From the NCBI GenBank assembly GCA_047947115.1, contig CP170459.1:992001-1056000 (forward strand): a DNA stretch of 64,000 bases. Direction: 5' to 3'. Source of the DNA: Verrucomicrobiota bacterium (GTDB lineage: Bacteria; Verrucomicrobiota; Verrucomicrobiia; Limisphaerales; AAA164-E04). Positions 31,856 to 41,887 of this stretch are shown piece by piece. Made by a program: the position numbers and the translations under genes. Each line of letters begins with the position of its first letter. Position 1 is the first letter of the stretch. The notes beneath the pieces were generated by a model, which was not told where the DNA came from, searched no databases, and saw only the letters and a list, made by a program, of their open reading frames with translations.

Positions 31856-32874
31856 TGCAATCGGTTTTCGCGCATTTCAATGCAGTGTTACTGGCTGCCT
31901 TCTTTCTAAATCTGGAAGGTTCAGCCAACCTGTATGCCGCCGCCAGGCAGGAGACATTCAAAGTCACCCGTCGGCTTCCACATGATCCCGATGCCTACAC
32001 CCAGGGCTTGGTTTTTCTAGACGGAAAGTTCATCGAAGGCACAGGCATCTACGGTAGATCTTCCCTGCGCTTGGTCGATGTTGGAACAGGAACAGTCAAC
32101 CGCCAAATTCCTTTGGCAACCCAATACTTCGGCGAAGGAGTTGCGGTGGCGGGCAATGCGATCGTTCAACTCACTTGGCGTCACGGAATCGCCTTCATCT
32201 ACGATCTGGAATCCTTCGATCAAGTTGGTTCCATTCGTTACGCAGGCGAGGGATGGGGACTCACTTTTGACGGTAAACGATTCGTCATGAGCAACGGCAG
32301 TTCCTCCATCACGTTCCGCGATCCGACCAACTTTTCATTTCTCAGCAACATCACCGTCACCGATGATAACACTCCGGTCCGAAACTTGAACGAACTCGAA
32401 TGGATCAACGGTGAGATCTGGGCCAACCAATGGCAAACCGATCGCATCGCCCGCATCTCACCAGACACCGGTGAAGTACTGGCATGGATCGACCTGGAAG
32501 GCATCTTCGACTGGCAATCACTGGGAAACACGGATGCCGTGTTGAATGGCATCGCCTATGATGCGGCAACTGATCGCCTCTTTGTAACCGGCAAACTCTG
32601 GCCCTGGATATTCGAAATCAAAGTGGCTGAACAAGGCTTGCCTGACGCCACAGAAATCAGCATTGCCACCCCAGTCAATGACGCATTGAGCATCACCTTT
32701 CCGACCTTTAAAAAAGCAAGCTACCTACTCGAGCGACTCACTGATCTCAACCCGACCACCCAAGCAATCACGGAAGACACCATCACCGGAACCGGACACC
32801 CCATCACCCGCACCCTACCCGTGCTCCAGGATGAACAGGCGTTCTACCGAATTGTGGGACTACCATTGAGGTAA
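31843..32874 (+). CDS. Glutaminyl-peptide cyclotransferase (beta-propeller type) with a C-terminal extension
   Basis: YTQGL, FGEG, QLTW, GEGWGL, LNELE, ANQWQ, VLNGIA and TGKLW motifs. Confidence 0.92.
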   Translation: MDDLMQSVFAHFNAVLLAAFFLNLEGSANLYAAARQETFKVTRRLPHDPDAYTQGLVFLDGKFIEGTGIYGRSSLRLVDVGTGTVNRQIPLATQYFGEGVAVAGNAIVQLTWRHGIAFIYDLESFDQVGSIRYAGEGWGLTFDGKRFVMSNGSSSITFRDPTNFSFLSNITVTDDNTPVRNLNELEWINGEIWANQWQTDRIARISPDTGEVLAWIDLEGIFDWQSLGNTDAVLNGIAYDAATDRLFVTGKLWPWIFEIKVAEQGLPDATEISIATPVNDALSITFPTFKKASYLLERLTDLNPTTQAITEDTITGTGHPITRTLPVLQDEQAFYRIVGLPLR

Positions 32875-32970
32875 ACCATGCAAATTAAACATTGGATGTT
32901 AAATTTGCATGCTTGATTTAAAAACGACCGGACCAAAATTCGAACACCTTCTGCCCTCGTATAACCTAAG

Positions 32971-33503
32971 CGCATTTTGGAATGCTGTTGCTCGACACAG
33001 CCTTGGATACGTCCAGGAAAGGTTGTTATGTCCTACTGCCCTCCACAATCCATCTACTATTTGTGGGCCCAGCCAGAGTAAAAGTTCGCGTCTGTAGTAT
33101 TCGAATACCAACTGCGTGGGCGGATCGTATCCAAAGCGGCATCAAGCAACCGCAGTCAGTATCGCATTTTGGAATGCTCCGAGGCATCGGAGCTCTGGAT
33201 TTGGTTCCCTCGCAAAGATAAGCTCCGGACTTCAAAGGAACCTACTCCTCACCCCAAAGCTTTAGGCAAGACGGCGTTTTCCTTGTCGAGAATGATTGAT
33301 TTGCTGATGCAATTCTGGAGAACCTGCGGGTATCAGCGTTTTGGACACCTTGCGACAACTTTGTGTGCGAAGGATTATTCTGTGTGGTCATTTACCCTTA
33401 TGGCAAGGTGTGGGGTGTTGGATTGTGAGTTGAGATGAGTATGCGCGTGTGTATTCGGACCGGATCCAGAGCTCCGATGTCTCAGAGCACTCCAGAGGGC
33501 GAT
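32971..33503. repeat. Cluster of two REPIN-like inverted pairs (TTGGAGTGC...GCTTTGGAT family)
   Basis: CGCATTTTGGAATGCT at 32971 and 33163; inverted partners near 33128-33158 and 33468-33503. Confidence 0.75.
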
Positions 33504-33564
33504 TGAAAAACTTGCATGTTCTTCAAAGGAGTGATCAGATGGTAGGGTCCACCCAGCTTCAGCC

Positions 33565-33945
33565 TCAGCGATAGTCTACATCAGCAGGATCCGGCCTTGG
33601 GATAACCGGTAAATCTACAATGTTCACCTCTTGGATAATATCATCCACATGAGTCGAAGCACCAGGAATGATGCGGAAAACTCTGAGTTTGGCATTTGCC
33701 AACCAATCCGCAGGCAGCGGATTGGTTTTTAATTCAGTATCAGGCATTAAAAAGGTAAGCACCACCGATCTGTAGCCTACGTTGCACACGGTTTGCATTC
33801 CTGAGTAGGCCGGTATGATAGAAGGCGCACAGACTTGTTTGACGTCTTCGTTGACTAACATGAATCGCAAGTTTCCCATGCCCCACCTGGGATCATGATC
33901 ATCAGAACCCGTTGGAAAAATGGGCCCCATGGTGTGGAGTTTATA
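33565..33945 (-). pseudogene. Probable 5'-truncated gene of unknown function abutting the IS5 element
   Basis: The reading frame stays open right up to the IS boundary, leaving little room for its own promoter or RBS. Confidence 0.45.
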
Positions 33946-34786
33946 GAAGGCATCTCATAAATAAATATTGTACTTTTAGCGATAAAGTACAGTAGTTATG
34001 GATGGACTTGAGCGAAGCACAATGGAATATCGTCGAAGACATCTTGCCAGAAGACCCTGTAAGGGAAGATCGACGCGGTCGCCCTTGGAGTGACAGGCGA
34101 AAAACACTCAATGGAATCCTTTGGATATTGCGAACGGGTGCGCCATGGAAAGACATGCCTTCACGGTATGGTGCCTATCAAACCGTTCATCATCGCTTTC
34201 AAAACTGGGTTCAGGATGGAGTTCTCGAAAAACTCCTTTTGGCAATTGCCAAAGATCTCCAGGAACGAGGCGGTTTGGATCTCAGTGAATGTTTCGTAGA
34301 TGGCACTTTCGTGCCGGCCAAAAAAGGGGGTACCTCGTCGGCAAAACAAAGCGAGGCAAAGGCAGCAAGATCATGGCAATTGCAGACGGCGCTGGTCTTC
34401 CTGTCGTCATATGCGCAGCCAGTGCTTCGCCAGCTGAAGTAACGCTGGTTCGGTATACCATAGAGCATCGAGTTGTAGAGAATACACCTGAAAAACTGAT
34501 CGGGGACAAAGCTTATGATAGTGATCCATTGGATCGAGGAATTGAGGAATTATTCGGAACTGAAATGATAGCGCCAAATCGACGGGGGCGGAAAAAATCC
34601 AATCAAACACAGGACGGTCGTAAGCTGAGACGATACAAACGACGATGGAAAGTCGAACGTCTGTTTGCTTGGCTCTTCAACTTCAGGCGACTGGTTGTGC
34701 GTTACGAATACGATGCTTTAAATTTCATCGGGTTCATCCACCTTGCCTGTGCGATGATCCTAATGCGGCATTTATGAGATAGCTTC
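33946..34786 (+). mobile_element. IS5-family (IS427-like) element
   Basis: 17-bp IRs GAAGGCATCTCATAAAT / GAAGCTATCTCATAAAT; TA on both flanks; 841 bp. Confidence 0.92.
34002..34777 (+). CDS. IS5 transposase, OrfA and OrfB joined by a -1 frameshift
   Basis: Orf[12 protein letters not shown]...VDGT; A6G5 tract at 34320-34330; OrfB GDKAYDS...[10 protein letters not shown] in the -1 frame. Confidence 0.9.
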
Positions 34787-35172
34787 TACCAAACTACCGG
34801 AACGGAGTATTCCCTGAATTTGCGGTCTTTGCTGATCAAGGTCAGGTTTTCTATCAAGGCCTGACAAATGAGAAGCCGGTCAAACGGATCCCGATGATGC
34901 CATGGAAGACGTTCGTTCTGGCGACAGTGATGCCAATGAACCGGAAGATCCTGAATGCGATTGAGTTTTTTTTCTTTCTCCAACTGATCGATCCAATCAG
35001 CACTCAATTCCAGTTTGTTCAGTGACAATTTGACGGTGAGTTCCCAAAAACTGGCGGCGCTCCAGTAAAGCACATTTTCCCCGTCTTCAATGATACTGCG
35101 GGAGGTGATCCCCAGTTCATCGGGATCCGTCAACAACCAGAGCATAACATGCGTATCCAACAGATAATTCAT
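34786..35172 (-). CDS. VapC/PIN toxin
   Basis: LLDTH...SFWE...HRDPFDRLL...SKD; overlaps the antitoxin stop. Confidence 0.93.
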   Translation of the reverse strand: MNYLLDTHVMLWLLTDPDELGITSRSIIEDGENVLYWSAASFWELTVKLSLNKLELSADWIDQLEKEKKLNRIQDLPVHWHHCRQNERLPWHHRDPFDRLLICQALIENLTLISKDRKFREYSVPVVW

Positions 35173-35399
35173 CTCATGAAGGACTCAAACTCTTCCAAAG
35201 GTTCATCAAAATCCGGAGCAACGTATTTGACCAGATTCTTGCATCGTCCAAGTTCTCTTTTTTGCTGCGCCCCTTCCACGGGTGTCAGTTTCACCAGAGG
35301 TTGTTTACCTCGAGCAATGACAATCTCTTCTCCTGCCAAAGCACGTTGGATGAGCTTGGAAAAATGAGTCTTGGCTTCGTGTATCCCAACCGTTTCCAT
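35169..35399 (-). CDS. Phd/YefM antitoxin
   Basis: IHEAKTHFSKL...GEEIVIARG...PDFDEPL. Confidence 0.93.
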   Translation of the reverse strand: METVGIHEAKTHFSKLIQRALAGEEIVIARGKQPLVKLTPVEGAQQKRELGRCKNLVKYVAPDFDEPLEEFESFMR

Positions 35400-35434
35400 A
35401 GTTTACACCTTATCGGACTAACTTGGTTAGTCAA
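35400..35434 (-). promoter_or_regulatory. TA promoter with a palindromic operator
   Basis: GACTAAC-TTG-GTTAGTC at 35416-35432 overlapping TTGACT-16-TAAGGT-7 nt-ATG. Confidence 0.65.
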
Positions 35435-35527
35435 GCTGGATGATTGCGAGACTTCCCTATACCCCGCCGGTTCATACCCCGCAAAAAGGAAGGTGCGGGG
35501 ATAAGCATACCACAATGTTTCCCTATG

Positions 35528-35561
35528 GTATCCAAAGCGGTGCTGCACACCGCACTCCAAA
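35528..35561. repeat. Single REP of the ATCCAAAGCGG...CCGCACTCCAAA family
   Basis: GTATCCAAAGCGGTGCTGCACACCGCACTCCAAA; related copies near 33128 and 62731. Confidence 0.75.
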
Positions 35562-35565
35562 TTTG

Positions 35566-35799
35566 TCATCGAGATATCGGTGACCAAAGGTAATTCTTTT
35601 TCGTGGAAGGATCAGCAGGAGCATCTGCAAGCACTCCAACACAATCTGACATCGCTTCCAAACCATTCTCTTTATGAGAAAACTCTCTTTGTATGAGATT
35701 ACATACAATATCACTCTCGGATTGTCCCATGTGACATGCAGTGGCATCCAGCGGTGCTGCCGTATCTTCATCCAACCTTATGATGATTGATGAAACCAC
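35566..35799 (-). pseudogene. Orphan, degenerate CopG/RHH-type antitoxin
   Basis: IIIRLDE...SESDIV plus a CVG...PADPSTKKNYL tail resembling the GPxDLSTNxxYL antitoxins; no adjacent toxin. Confidence 0.5.
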
Positions 35800-35922
35800 A
35801 CATGCATAATATGACGACGCGCCTGGTGCTTCAGGAACACAAGATTCTTATTCAATTCAATTCGCCAATTCCCCCCCAAACGATCCTTGCACGTTTAATG
35901 GGGAGTCCTACACTGGGCGGCC

Positions 35923-36924
35923 ATGGCATGGAAAGTATTGATAACGGCACGGACATTTGAGGTGGTGGGGAAACCCGCGATCGAGTTTTTGAAATCCAAG
36001 GGTTGCGAGGTGACCATTCCTCCGAAATGGGGTCCCCTCTCGGGCAGCGAATTATTGGAACAACTGAGTGGACACGATGCAGTACTCTGCAGTCCGGACG
36101 CATATAACGCGGATGTTTTCGCTTCGAACGAAGGCAGCAACTTGAAGATCATTTCGCGTTGGGGCGTCGGTTACGATTCCATCAATGTGCCGGACGCCAC
36201 AGCTGCCGGAATCCCGGTCGCTTACACCCCCGGTCTTTTGGACGAAGCGGTAGCTGACTACGCCTTCGCGCTGCTCCTGACCATGGCGCGTCGCACCCAC
36301 AGCGTCCATCAAACCATGCGCGAAGGTGGTTGGGCGGTCGAGTGGGGTGTCGATTTGGGTCAGAAAACACTGGGGATCATCGGCTGCGGACGCATCGGGC
36401 GGGCCGTGGCCAAGCGCGCTTCGGGTTTTGACATGCGGGTGTTGGGCTACGATGTCATGCCTCATCCTGATGCCAAGGCGATGGGTGTGGATTTCGTGGA
36501 TCTCGACACGTTGCTCAAGGAAAGTGATTTCGTCAGCATCCATGCCGCTTTGACCGAGGAAAACAAAGGCATGATCGGCACCGAGCAATTGAAGTCCATG
36601 AAACAGGAAGCCTTGCTGGTAAATACCGCCCGTGGCGCACATGTCGACGAAGCGGCTTTGGTTCAGGCTCTCAAAGAAGGCTGGATTGCCGGCGCGGCTT
36701 TGGATGCCTATATCAAGGAACCGCTCCCCGCCGACCATCCATTCCGCACCACACCCAATCTGCTCATGTCCCCTCACCAGGCCTCCAGCAGCAAAGAAAC
36801 GGGCGAACGCGTCAGTTTGGCGGCAGCGGAAGCAATTGTGGATCTGATGGAAGGTCGTCGGCCAAAGTTACTCGTCAATGCCGACGTATTGGATCAACCC
36901 CAACTTCGCGCCCAACTCAAGTAA
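35923..36924 (+). CDS. D-isomer-specific 2-hydroxyacid dehydrogenase (SerA-like)
   Basis: RWGVGYD, GCGRIG, VNTARG, ALD...EP and SPH motifs. Confidence 0.93.
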   Translation: MAWKVLITARTFEVVGKPAIEFLKSKGCEVTIPPKWGPLSGSELLEQLSGHDAVLCSPDAYNADVFASNEGSNLKIISRWGVGYDSINVPDATAAGIPVAYTPGLLDEAVADYAFALLLTMARRTHSVHQTMREGGWAVEWGVDLGQKTLGIIGCGRIGRAVAKRASGFDMRVLGYDVMPHPDAKAMGVDFVDLDTLLKESDFVSIHAALTEENKGMIGTEQLKSMKQEALLVNTARGAHVDEAALVQALKEGWIAGAALDAYIKEPLPADHPFRTTPNLLMSPHQASSSKETGERVSLAAAEAIVDLMEGRRPKLLVNADVLDQPQLRAQLK

Positions 36925-36955
36925 ACCGGCAACACAACGACTTTATTACAACGAC

Positions 36956-37750
36956 ATGAAAACCAATCACGTCAAAGCCAAACTCAAACGCGGCGAAGCC
37001 AGCATCGGCACCTGGTTATCGCTCCCGGATCCCACCACCGCCATGTTGATGGCCAACGTCGGATTCGATTGGCTCAACCTCAACATCGAACACATGCCCA
37101 TCGGCGTGGAAACCGCCTCCCTCTGCTATTCCGCCATCGCCGGCACCAACACCGTTCCACTGGCCCGTCCGGCCTGGAATACAGGAGAGAACATCAAGCG
37201 CGTGTTGGATAATGGTGGTTGGGGTGTCATTCTGCCGATGATCTGCAGCAAATCAGATGCAGAGCTAGCCGTCGATTCCACGTTCTACGCGCCAATAGGA
37301 TCACGATCTGTCGGAGGCATGCTGCACGCGATCAGTTACCAAACCGATCCTGCGACCTATTACGAACGCGCCAACGAGGAAGTGCTGCTCGTACTCCAAC
37401 TCGAACATGTCAAAGCCATCGAGAATGCAGACAAGATTTTAAGCGTGCCCGGCGTTGACGCCTTTTTTATCGGGCCCAATGACCTGTTGAAATCCATGGG
37501 TGAAAAACCCGGCTGGGACAGTGACAAACAGGAGTTTATCGACGCTCTCAAACACCTTCAGGAAGTCGGTAAAAAGTATGGAGTCGCGTCCGGCATTCAT
37601 GTTCCAGATGTGGCCTCCGCCATACGCCGCCGCGAGGAAGGATTTCAATTCATCGCTGTCGCAAGCGAAGCCGGCATGATGCTCTCCAAAGCACAGGAAA
37701 TGGCCAAAGCACTGGGTTGTGGTAAAGAAAAAGAAGTCGCCAAATACTGA
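36956..37750 (+). CDS. HpcH/HpaI aldolase family protein
   Basis: GFDWL...EH, KRVLD, P.GSRSVG, QLE and FIGPNDL motifs. Confidence 0.92.
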   Translation: MKTNHVKAKLKRGEASIGTWLSLPDPTTAMLMANVGFDWLNLNIEHMPIGVETASLCYSAIAGTNTVPLARPAWNTGENIKRVLDNGGWGVILPMICSKSDAELAVDSTFYAPIGSRSVGGMLHAISYQTDPATYYERANEEVLLVLQLEHVKAIENADKILSVPGVDAFFIGPNDLLKSMGEKPGWDSDKQEFIDALKHLQEVGKKYGVASGIHVPDVASAIRRREEGFQFIAVASEAGMMLSKAQEMAKALGCGKEKEVAKY

Positions 37751-37956
37751 GGGAGGTCCCGCCCCAGGTAGGGTCATCCCGAGAAATCGGGACTGCGTGA
37801 CCGCGAGCGCGTTGGTAATATGCGAGAACTTAATGTAGAATGCGTACTCGCCACCGGACGCGCAACAGCGCTTCCCTACCAGCTTGACATTGGATTTCTC
37901 CAACCAACCCAGCCAGTGAATCCTGTTCATCCTGTCTAAAAAACAAATCGCTCACC

Positions 37957-40689
37957 ATGCAGCGCAAAAAGTGTTCAAACAGTTCCACCGACGTCATCCG
38001 CATCATAGGAGCCCGGGAGCATAATTTAAAAAATGTCTCACTGGAAATCCCGCGTGATCAGTTCGTCGTGATCACCGGAGTCAGCGGATCCGGTAAGAGC
38101 ACGCTGGCGTTTGACATCATTTTCTCCGAGGGACAACGCCGCTTTCTCGATTCCATGAACGCCTACGCCCGGCAATTCGTCGAACAGATGGCGCGACCCG
38201 ATGTGGACCGGATCGAAGGCCTGCCCCCCACTGTCAGCATTGAACAACGCAACTCCCAGGGAGGAGGCAAAAGCACGGTCGGAACCGTGACGGAGATTCA
38301 TCAGTTTCTGCGTTTGTTATTCGCTCGACTGGGCACGCCTTATTGTCCGGACTGCAACCTGCCTGCCAGCGCTCAAACATCGGACGCCATTGTTCGCGCC
38401 CTGCTGACACAAAGCAAAAAACGCGGTCCCCTCAGCATTCTGGCACCCGTCATACGCAATCGCAAAGGCTTCCACAGTGAAGTGGCTGAATGGGCATTGA
38501 AGCACGGATACAAACGACTGCGTGCCGATGGTGAATGGTATGACAGCTCCGAACCGTTCAAATTGGTACGTTTCAAGGAACACGATGTCGAAGTGGAAAT
38601 CGGCATTCTGAAATCGGGTCGCAAGATCACACCAACAGCAGCAGCGGAACTGATAGAAACAGCTCTCGAAATCGGCAAAGGCATTTTATTCGCAGTGGAT
38701 GAGTCGGGAGAACTCAGCATGCATTCCACGCAGCAGGCGTGCCCGTCCTGTGGTCATTCATCACCTCCACTGGATCCAAAATTGTTTTCCTATCACTCCT
38801 CGCGTGGGTGGTGTCCCGAGTGCCGCGGATTTGGCGAACTCTTTTACCTGCCTGAAACCGAGCGCGGGGCGCGAGCCGATGCCATTGAGGAATCCTGGTT
38901 TCACTGGCAGGAAGGCAAACGAGAAACTTGTCCCTCATGTCATGGTGCCCGATTGAACCTGCAAGCGCGGTCCGTAAGGCTGGCTCTGAAAGGGTACCCG
39001 GAAAAACTACCCCAAATACCAGATTACCAGTTTCTGGAAGTACCACCCACCATCGGTGCCTTTTCAACGTTGGCGGTCAAGGATGCACTGGACTTATTTG
39101 ATGGCATTGTATTGGAAGGACGGGAAAAGGAGATTGCACGGGACATATTACCTGAGATTCGCGAAAGACTTTACTTTCTGAAAGAAGTCGGCCTCGACTA
39201 CATGCAACTCGGCCGAAGCGTCACCACTTTGTCCGGTGGTGAAAACCAGCGCATAAGGTTGGCTGCTCAATTGGGTTCCACCCTGTCCGGGGTGCTCTAC
39301 GTGCTTGATGAACCGACCATTGGGCTCCACGCCCGCGATAACGAACAGTTACTCGGCGCATTAAAACTGCTGCGTTCACGGGGCAATTCTCTAATTGTCG
39401 TCGAGCACGATGAAGACACGATGAGGGCCGCCGATTACATAGTGGATCTCGGACCGGAAGCTGGCATACGCGGAGGTGAAATCGTCGCGGCGGGTACGCT
39501 GAAACAACTTTGCTCCGACAAAGCCTCGGTCACCGGACAGGCATTGAAGGAAACCCGCACTTACCCGATGCACGGCGCAATTCGTCCAGTAGACCTTCCC
39601 GAACTCAATCAGCCAAAGAGCAAAAAGCAGGCACCGAAGAAAAAGCAGTCCGAAAAACTCACTCCCTGCATGACCTTGAGTCATGCGACCCTGAACAACC
39701 TCAAAGACCTGACCGTTCAGTTTCCGTTGAACCGTTTCATTCTCGTCACAGGTGTCAGTGGTTCTGGCAAAAGCAGTCTGATTCGTGAATGCCTGGTTCC
39801 GCTGGCAAAAGCCGCCGTCGAAGCAAAGGGTGCTGCCACTTTGGGAGAAATGAACCTGGAAGGTTTGGAATCAATTGCTGCGGTGCACGAAGTGGATCAA
39901 TCCCCGATCGGGCGCACACCGCGTTCGACACCGGGTACATATGTCGGATTCTTTGACGAAATTCGCAAGCTGTTTGCCCAAACACCCGAAGCACGCATGC
40001 GTGGGTATCAGCCTGGTCGATTTTCATTCAACAGCAAAGTCGGTCGCTGCCCCGAATGCGAGGGCATGGGTGCTATCAAGATGGAAATGAATTTCCTGCC
40101 CCCAACTTATACGCATTGCGAAACGTGTAAGGGCAGCCGCTTCAATCCCCAAACCCTCGACATTGAATACCGCAACAAGAACATCGCCCAAGTTCTGGAC
40201 TTGAGTGTTGCCGAAGCAATCGACTTTTTCGAACCCGTCCCGAAAGTGCGGCGTGCCTTGGAAGCGTTGCGTGATACCGGACTGGATTACTTAAGTCTTG
40301 GACAAACAAGCCCAACCCTAAGCGGCGGGGAAGCCCAACGACTGAAACTCGTCACCCACCTGCTGACAGGATTAAAACCGGGCAAAGACTCCCTGCGATC
40401 ACGTCACACCGCAAAGTTGTTTGTTCTGGAAGAGCCCACGATTGGTTTGCATCACTCTGATGTGCGACGATTGGTGGAAGTGCTGCATCGCCTGGTGGAC
40501 GGAGGTCATACCGTCATCGTCATCGAGCACCACCTCGAACTCGTCGCCGAAGCGGACTGGGTCATTGACCTGGGACCGGAGGGCGGTGATGCGGGAGGCT
40601 CCGTCGTAGCCCAAGGCCCCCCTACCAAAATCGCCCAATGCAAAGCGAGCTATACCGGCAGGTTTCTAACAAAACTGCTGAAAGGGTAG
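37957..40689 (+). CDS. uvrA: Excinuclease ABC subunit A
   Basis: GAREHNLKN, two GVSGSGKS Walker A motifs, two LSGGE signatures, Zn fingers. Confidence 0.95.
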   Translation: MQRKKCSNSSTDVIRIIGAREHNLKNVSLEIPRDQFVVITGVSGSGKSTLAFDIIFSEGQRRFLDSMNAYARQFVEQMARPDVDRIEGLPPTVSIEQRNSQGGGKSTVGTVTEIHQFLRLLFARLGTPYCPDCNLPASAQTSDAIVRALLTQSKKRGPLSILAPVIRNRKGFHSEVAEWALKHGYKRLRADGEWYDSSEPFKLVRFKEHDVEVEIGILKSGRKITPTAAAELIETALEIGKGILFAVDESGELSMHSTQQACPSCGHSSPPLDPKLFSYHSSRGWCPECRGFGELFYLPETERGARADAIEESWFHWQEGKRETCPSCHGARLNLQARSVRLALKGYPEKLPQIPDYQFLEVPPTIGAFSTLAVKDALDLFDGIVLEGREKEIARDILPEIRERLYFLKEVGLDYMQLGRSVTTLSGGENQRIRLAAQLGSTLSGVLYVLDEPTIGLHARDNEQLLGALKLLRSRGNSLIVVEHDEDTMRAADYIVDLGPEAGIRGGEIVAAGTLKQLCSDKASVTGQALKETRTYPMHGAIRPVDLPELNQPKSKKQAPKKKQSEKLTPCMTLSHATLNNLKDLTVQFPLNRFILVTGVSGSGKSSLIRECLVPLAKAAVEAKGAATLGEMNLEGLESIAAVHEVDQSPIGRTPRSTPGTYVGFFDEIRKLFAQTPEARMRGYQPGRFSFNSKVGRCPECEGMGAIKMEMNFLPPTYTHCETCKGSRFNPQTLDIEYRNKNIAQVLDLSVAEAIDFFEPVPKVRRALEALRDTGLDYLSLGQTSPTLSGGEAQRLKLVTHLLTGLKPGKDSLRSRHTAKLFVLEEPTIGLHHSDVRRLVEVLHRLVDGGHTVIVIEHHLELVAEADWVIDLGPEGGDAGGSVVAQGPPTKIAQCKASYTGRFLTKLLKG

Positions 40690-40914
40690 GACGTGCCGTC
40701 CCTGGCGCGTCGCCTTAGCGTTGCCAAACATCATTTCACCCCGTAAAGGGAAGCCAAAAACATTCCAAAATCCAATCGCCTGTTTTGATCAAATATCATG
40801 CGGATCAACGTGCTCGATTTAATTTAAATGTCATAGGATTCATCGTTAGCATACAGCATTTGGCAATCCCTTCGCCCTTCAAATCGGGCGCCACGCAGTT
40901 CAATCTTTAGACAA

Positions 40915-41092
40915 TGGAGGGATGAGTTCCATCTCGTTCCCTAACTTCCCCCTAAAAAGCGTTCCTGAGCAAAACCGATGGAACGCGGGAAGACTGAGGT
41001 CCATCGAATGAATGGGACGTTTCCATTGCAGCTTGGAAAAGGTTTCAAAGCACTGAGGTTTGAAGTGGGTGTAAGACGGAGCTTACCCCTCC
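40915..41092 (+). repeat. ~178-bp REPIN/MITE-like element upstream of ndk
   Basis: TGGAGGGATGAG...CGTTTCCATTGCAGC...CTGAGGTTTGAAGTGGGTG...CCCCTCC; second copy at 41646-41820. Confidence 0.8.
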
Positions 41093-41191
41093 GATCAGGG
41101 ATATTTGTATTTTTCCGTCCGCGTCCTTCCAATCACTCATCCATAAAAAAAGCTTTTCTCTCCCAGCAAAGTCCTTACTTTGATGCGCCCT

Positions 41192-41608
41192 ATGGAAAAA
41201 ACGGTAGTATTGTTGAAACCTGACTGTGTTCAGAAGAATTTAATGGGAGAGGTCATCAAACGATTTGAGGACCAGGGATTTCGCATGGCAGCCTGCAAGC
41301 TGATGCAACTCGACGAACCCATCCTGCGCGATCATTACTCGCACTTGGTGGAGTTTCCCTTCTTTCCTGAAATTGTTGAATTCATGAGCAGTTCCCCCAT
41401 CCTGGCCATTGCCCTCGAAGGGGAGAACATCATCCAAAAAGTCCGCGACCTCCTCGGCCCCACGGATTCCACCCAAGCCGAAAAAGGAACCATCCGGGGT
41501 GACCTCGGCGAAGACAAGATGCGTAACATCGCACACGCATCCGATTCACCCGAAGCGGCTGCAGCCGAACTGAACCGGTTCTTCAAGGCTGGTGAGGTAT
41601 TGGGTTAA
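41192..41608 (+). CDS. ndk: Nucleoside diphosphate kinase
   Basis: LKPD, GTIRGD and NIAHASDS motifs. Confidence 0.97.
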   Translation: MEKTVVLLKPDCVQKNLMGEVIKRFEDQGFRMAACKLMQLDEPILRDHYSHLVEFPFFPEIVEFMSSSPILAIALEGENIIQKVRDLLGPTDSTQAEKGTIRGDLGEDKMRNIAHASDSPEAAAAELNRFFKAGEVLG

Positions 41609-41645
41609 AAGAACGGGAGCAGCTCAAAAATTAGAAATCCAAATC

Positions 41646-41820
41646 TGGAGGGATGAGTACCACCTCGTCCCATACTTTTCCCTTGGAGCCTCCCTGACCA
41701 AAAAACATGGAATTAGGAAAGCCAATGGTGTTCGAGATGCGGCTGCGTTTCCATTGCAGCCTGATAAAAGTTCGGATGTTCTGAGGTTTGAAGTGGGTGC
41801 AATGCGGCGATTGCCCCTCC
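41646..41820 (+). repeat. ~175-bp REPIN/MITE-like element downstream of ndk
   Basis: Diverged direct copy of 40915-41092. Confidence 0.8.
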
Positions 41821-41848
41821 TCTTTTCTAAAAAATGAACTGTGCCTTT

Positions 41849-41887
41849 AAAAAAGGACGTGCTCGATGTTGAGGGCACGTCCTTTTT
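41849..41887. terminator. Bidirectional intrinsic terminator
   Basis: AAAAAGGACGTGC...GCACGTCCTTTTT between convergent ndk and the spondin gene. Confidence 0.8.

Noticed and set aside
34320..34330. IS5 transposase as a pseudogene
   Set aside because: An A6G5 tract with a -1 OrfB is the normal programmed-frameshift arrangement for this group.
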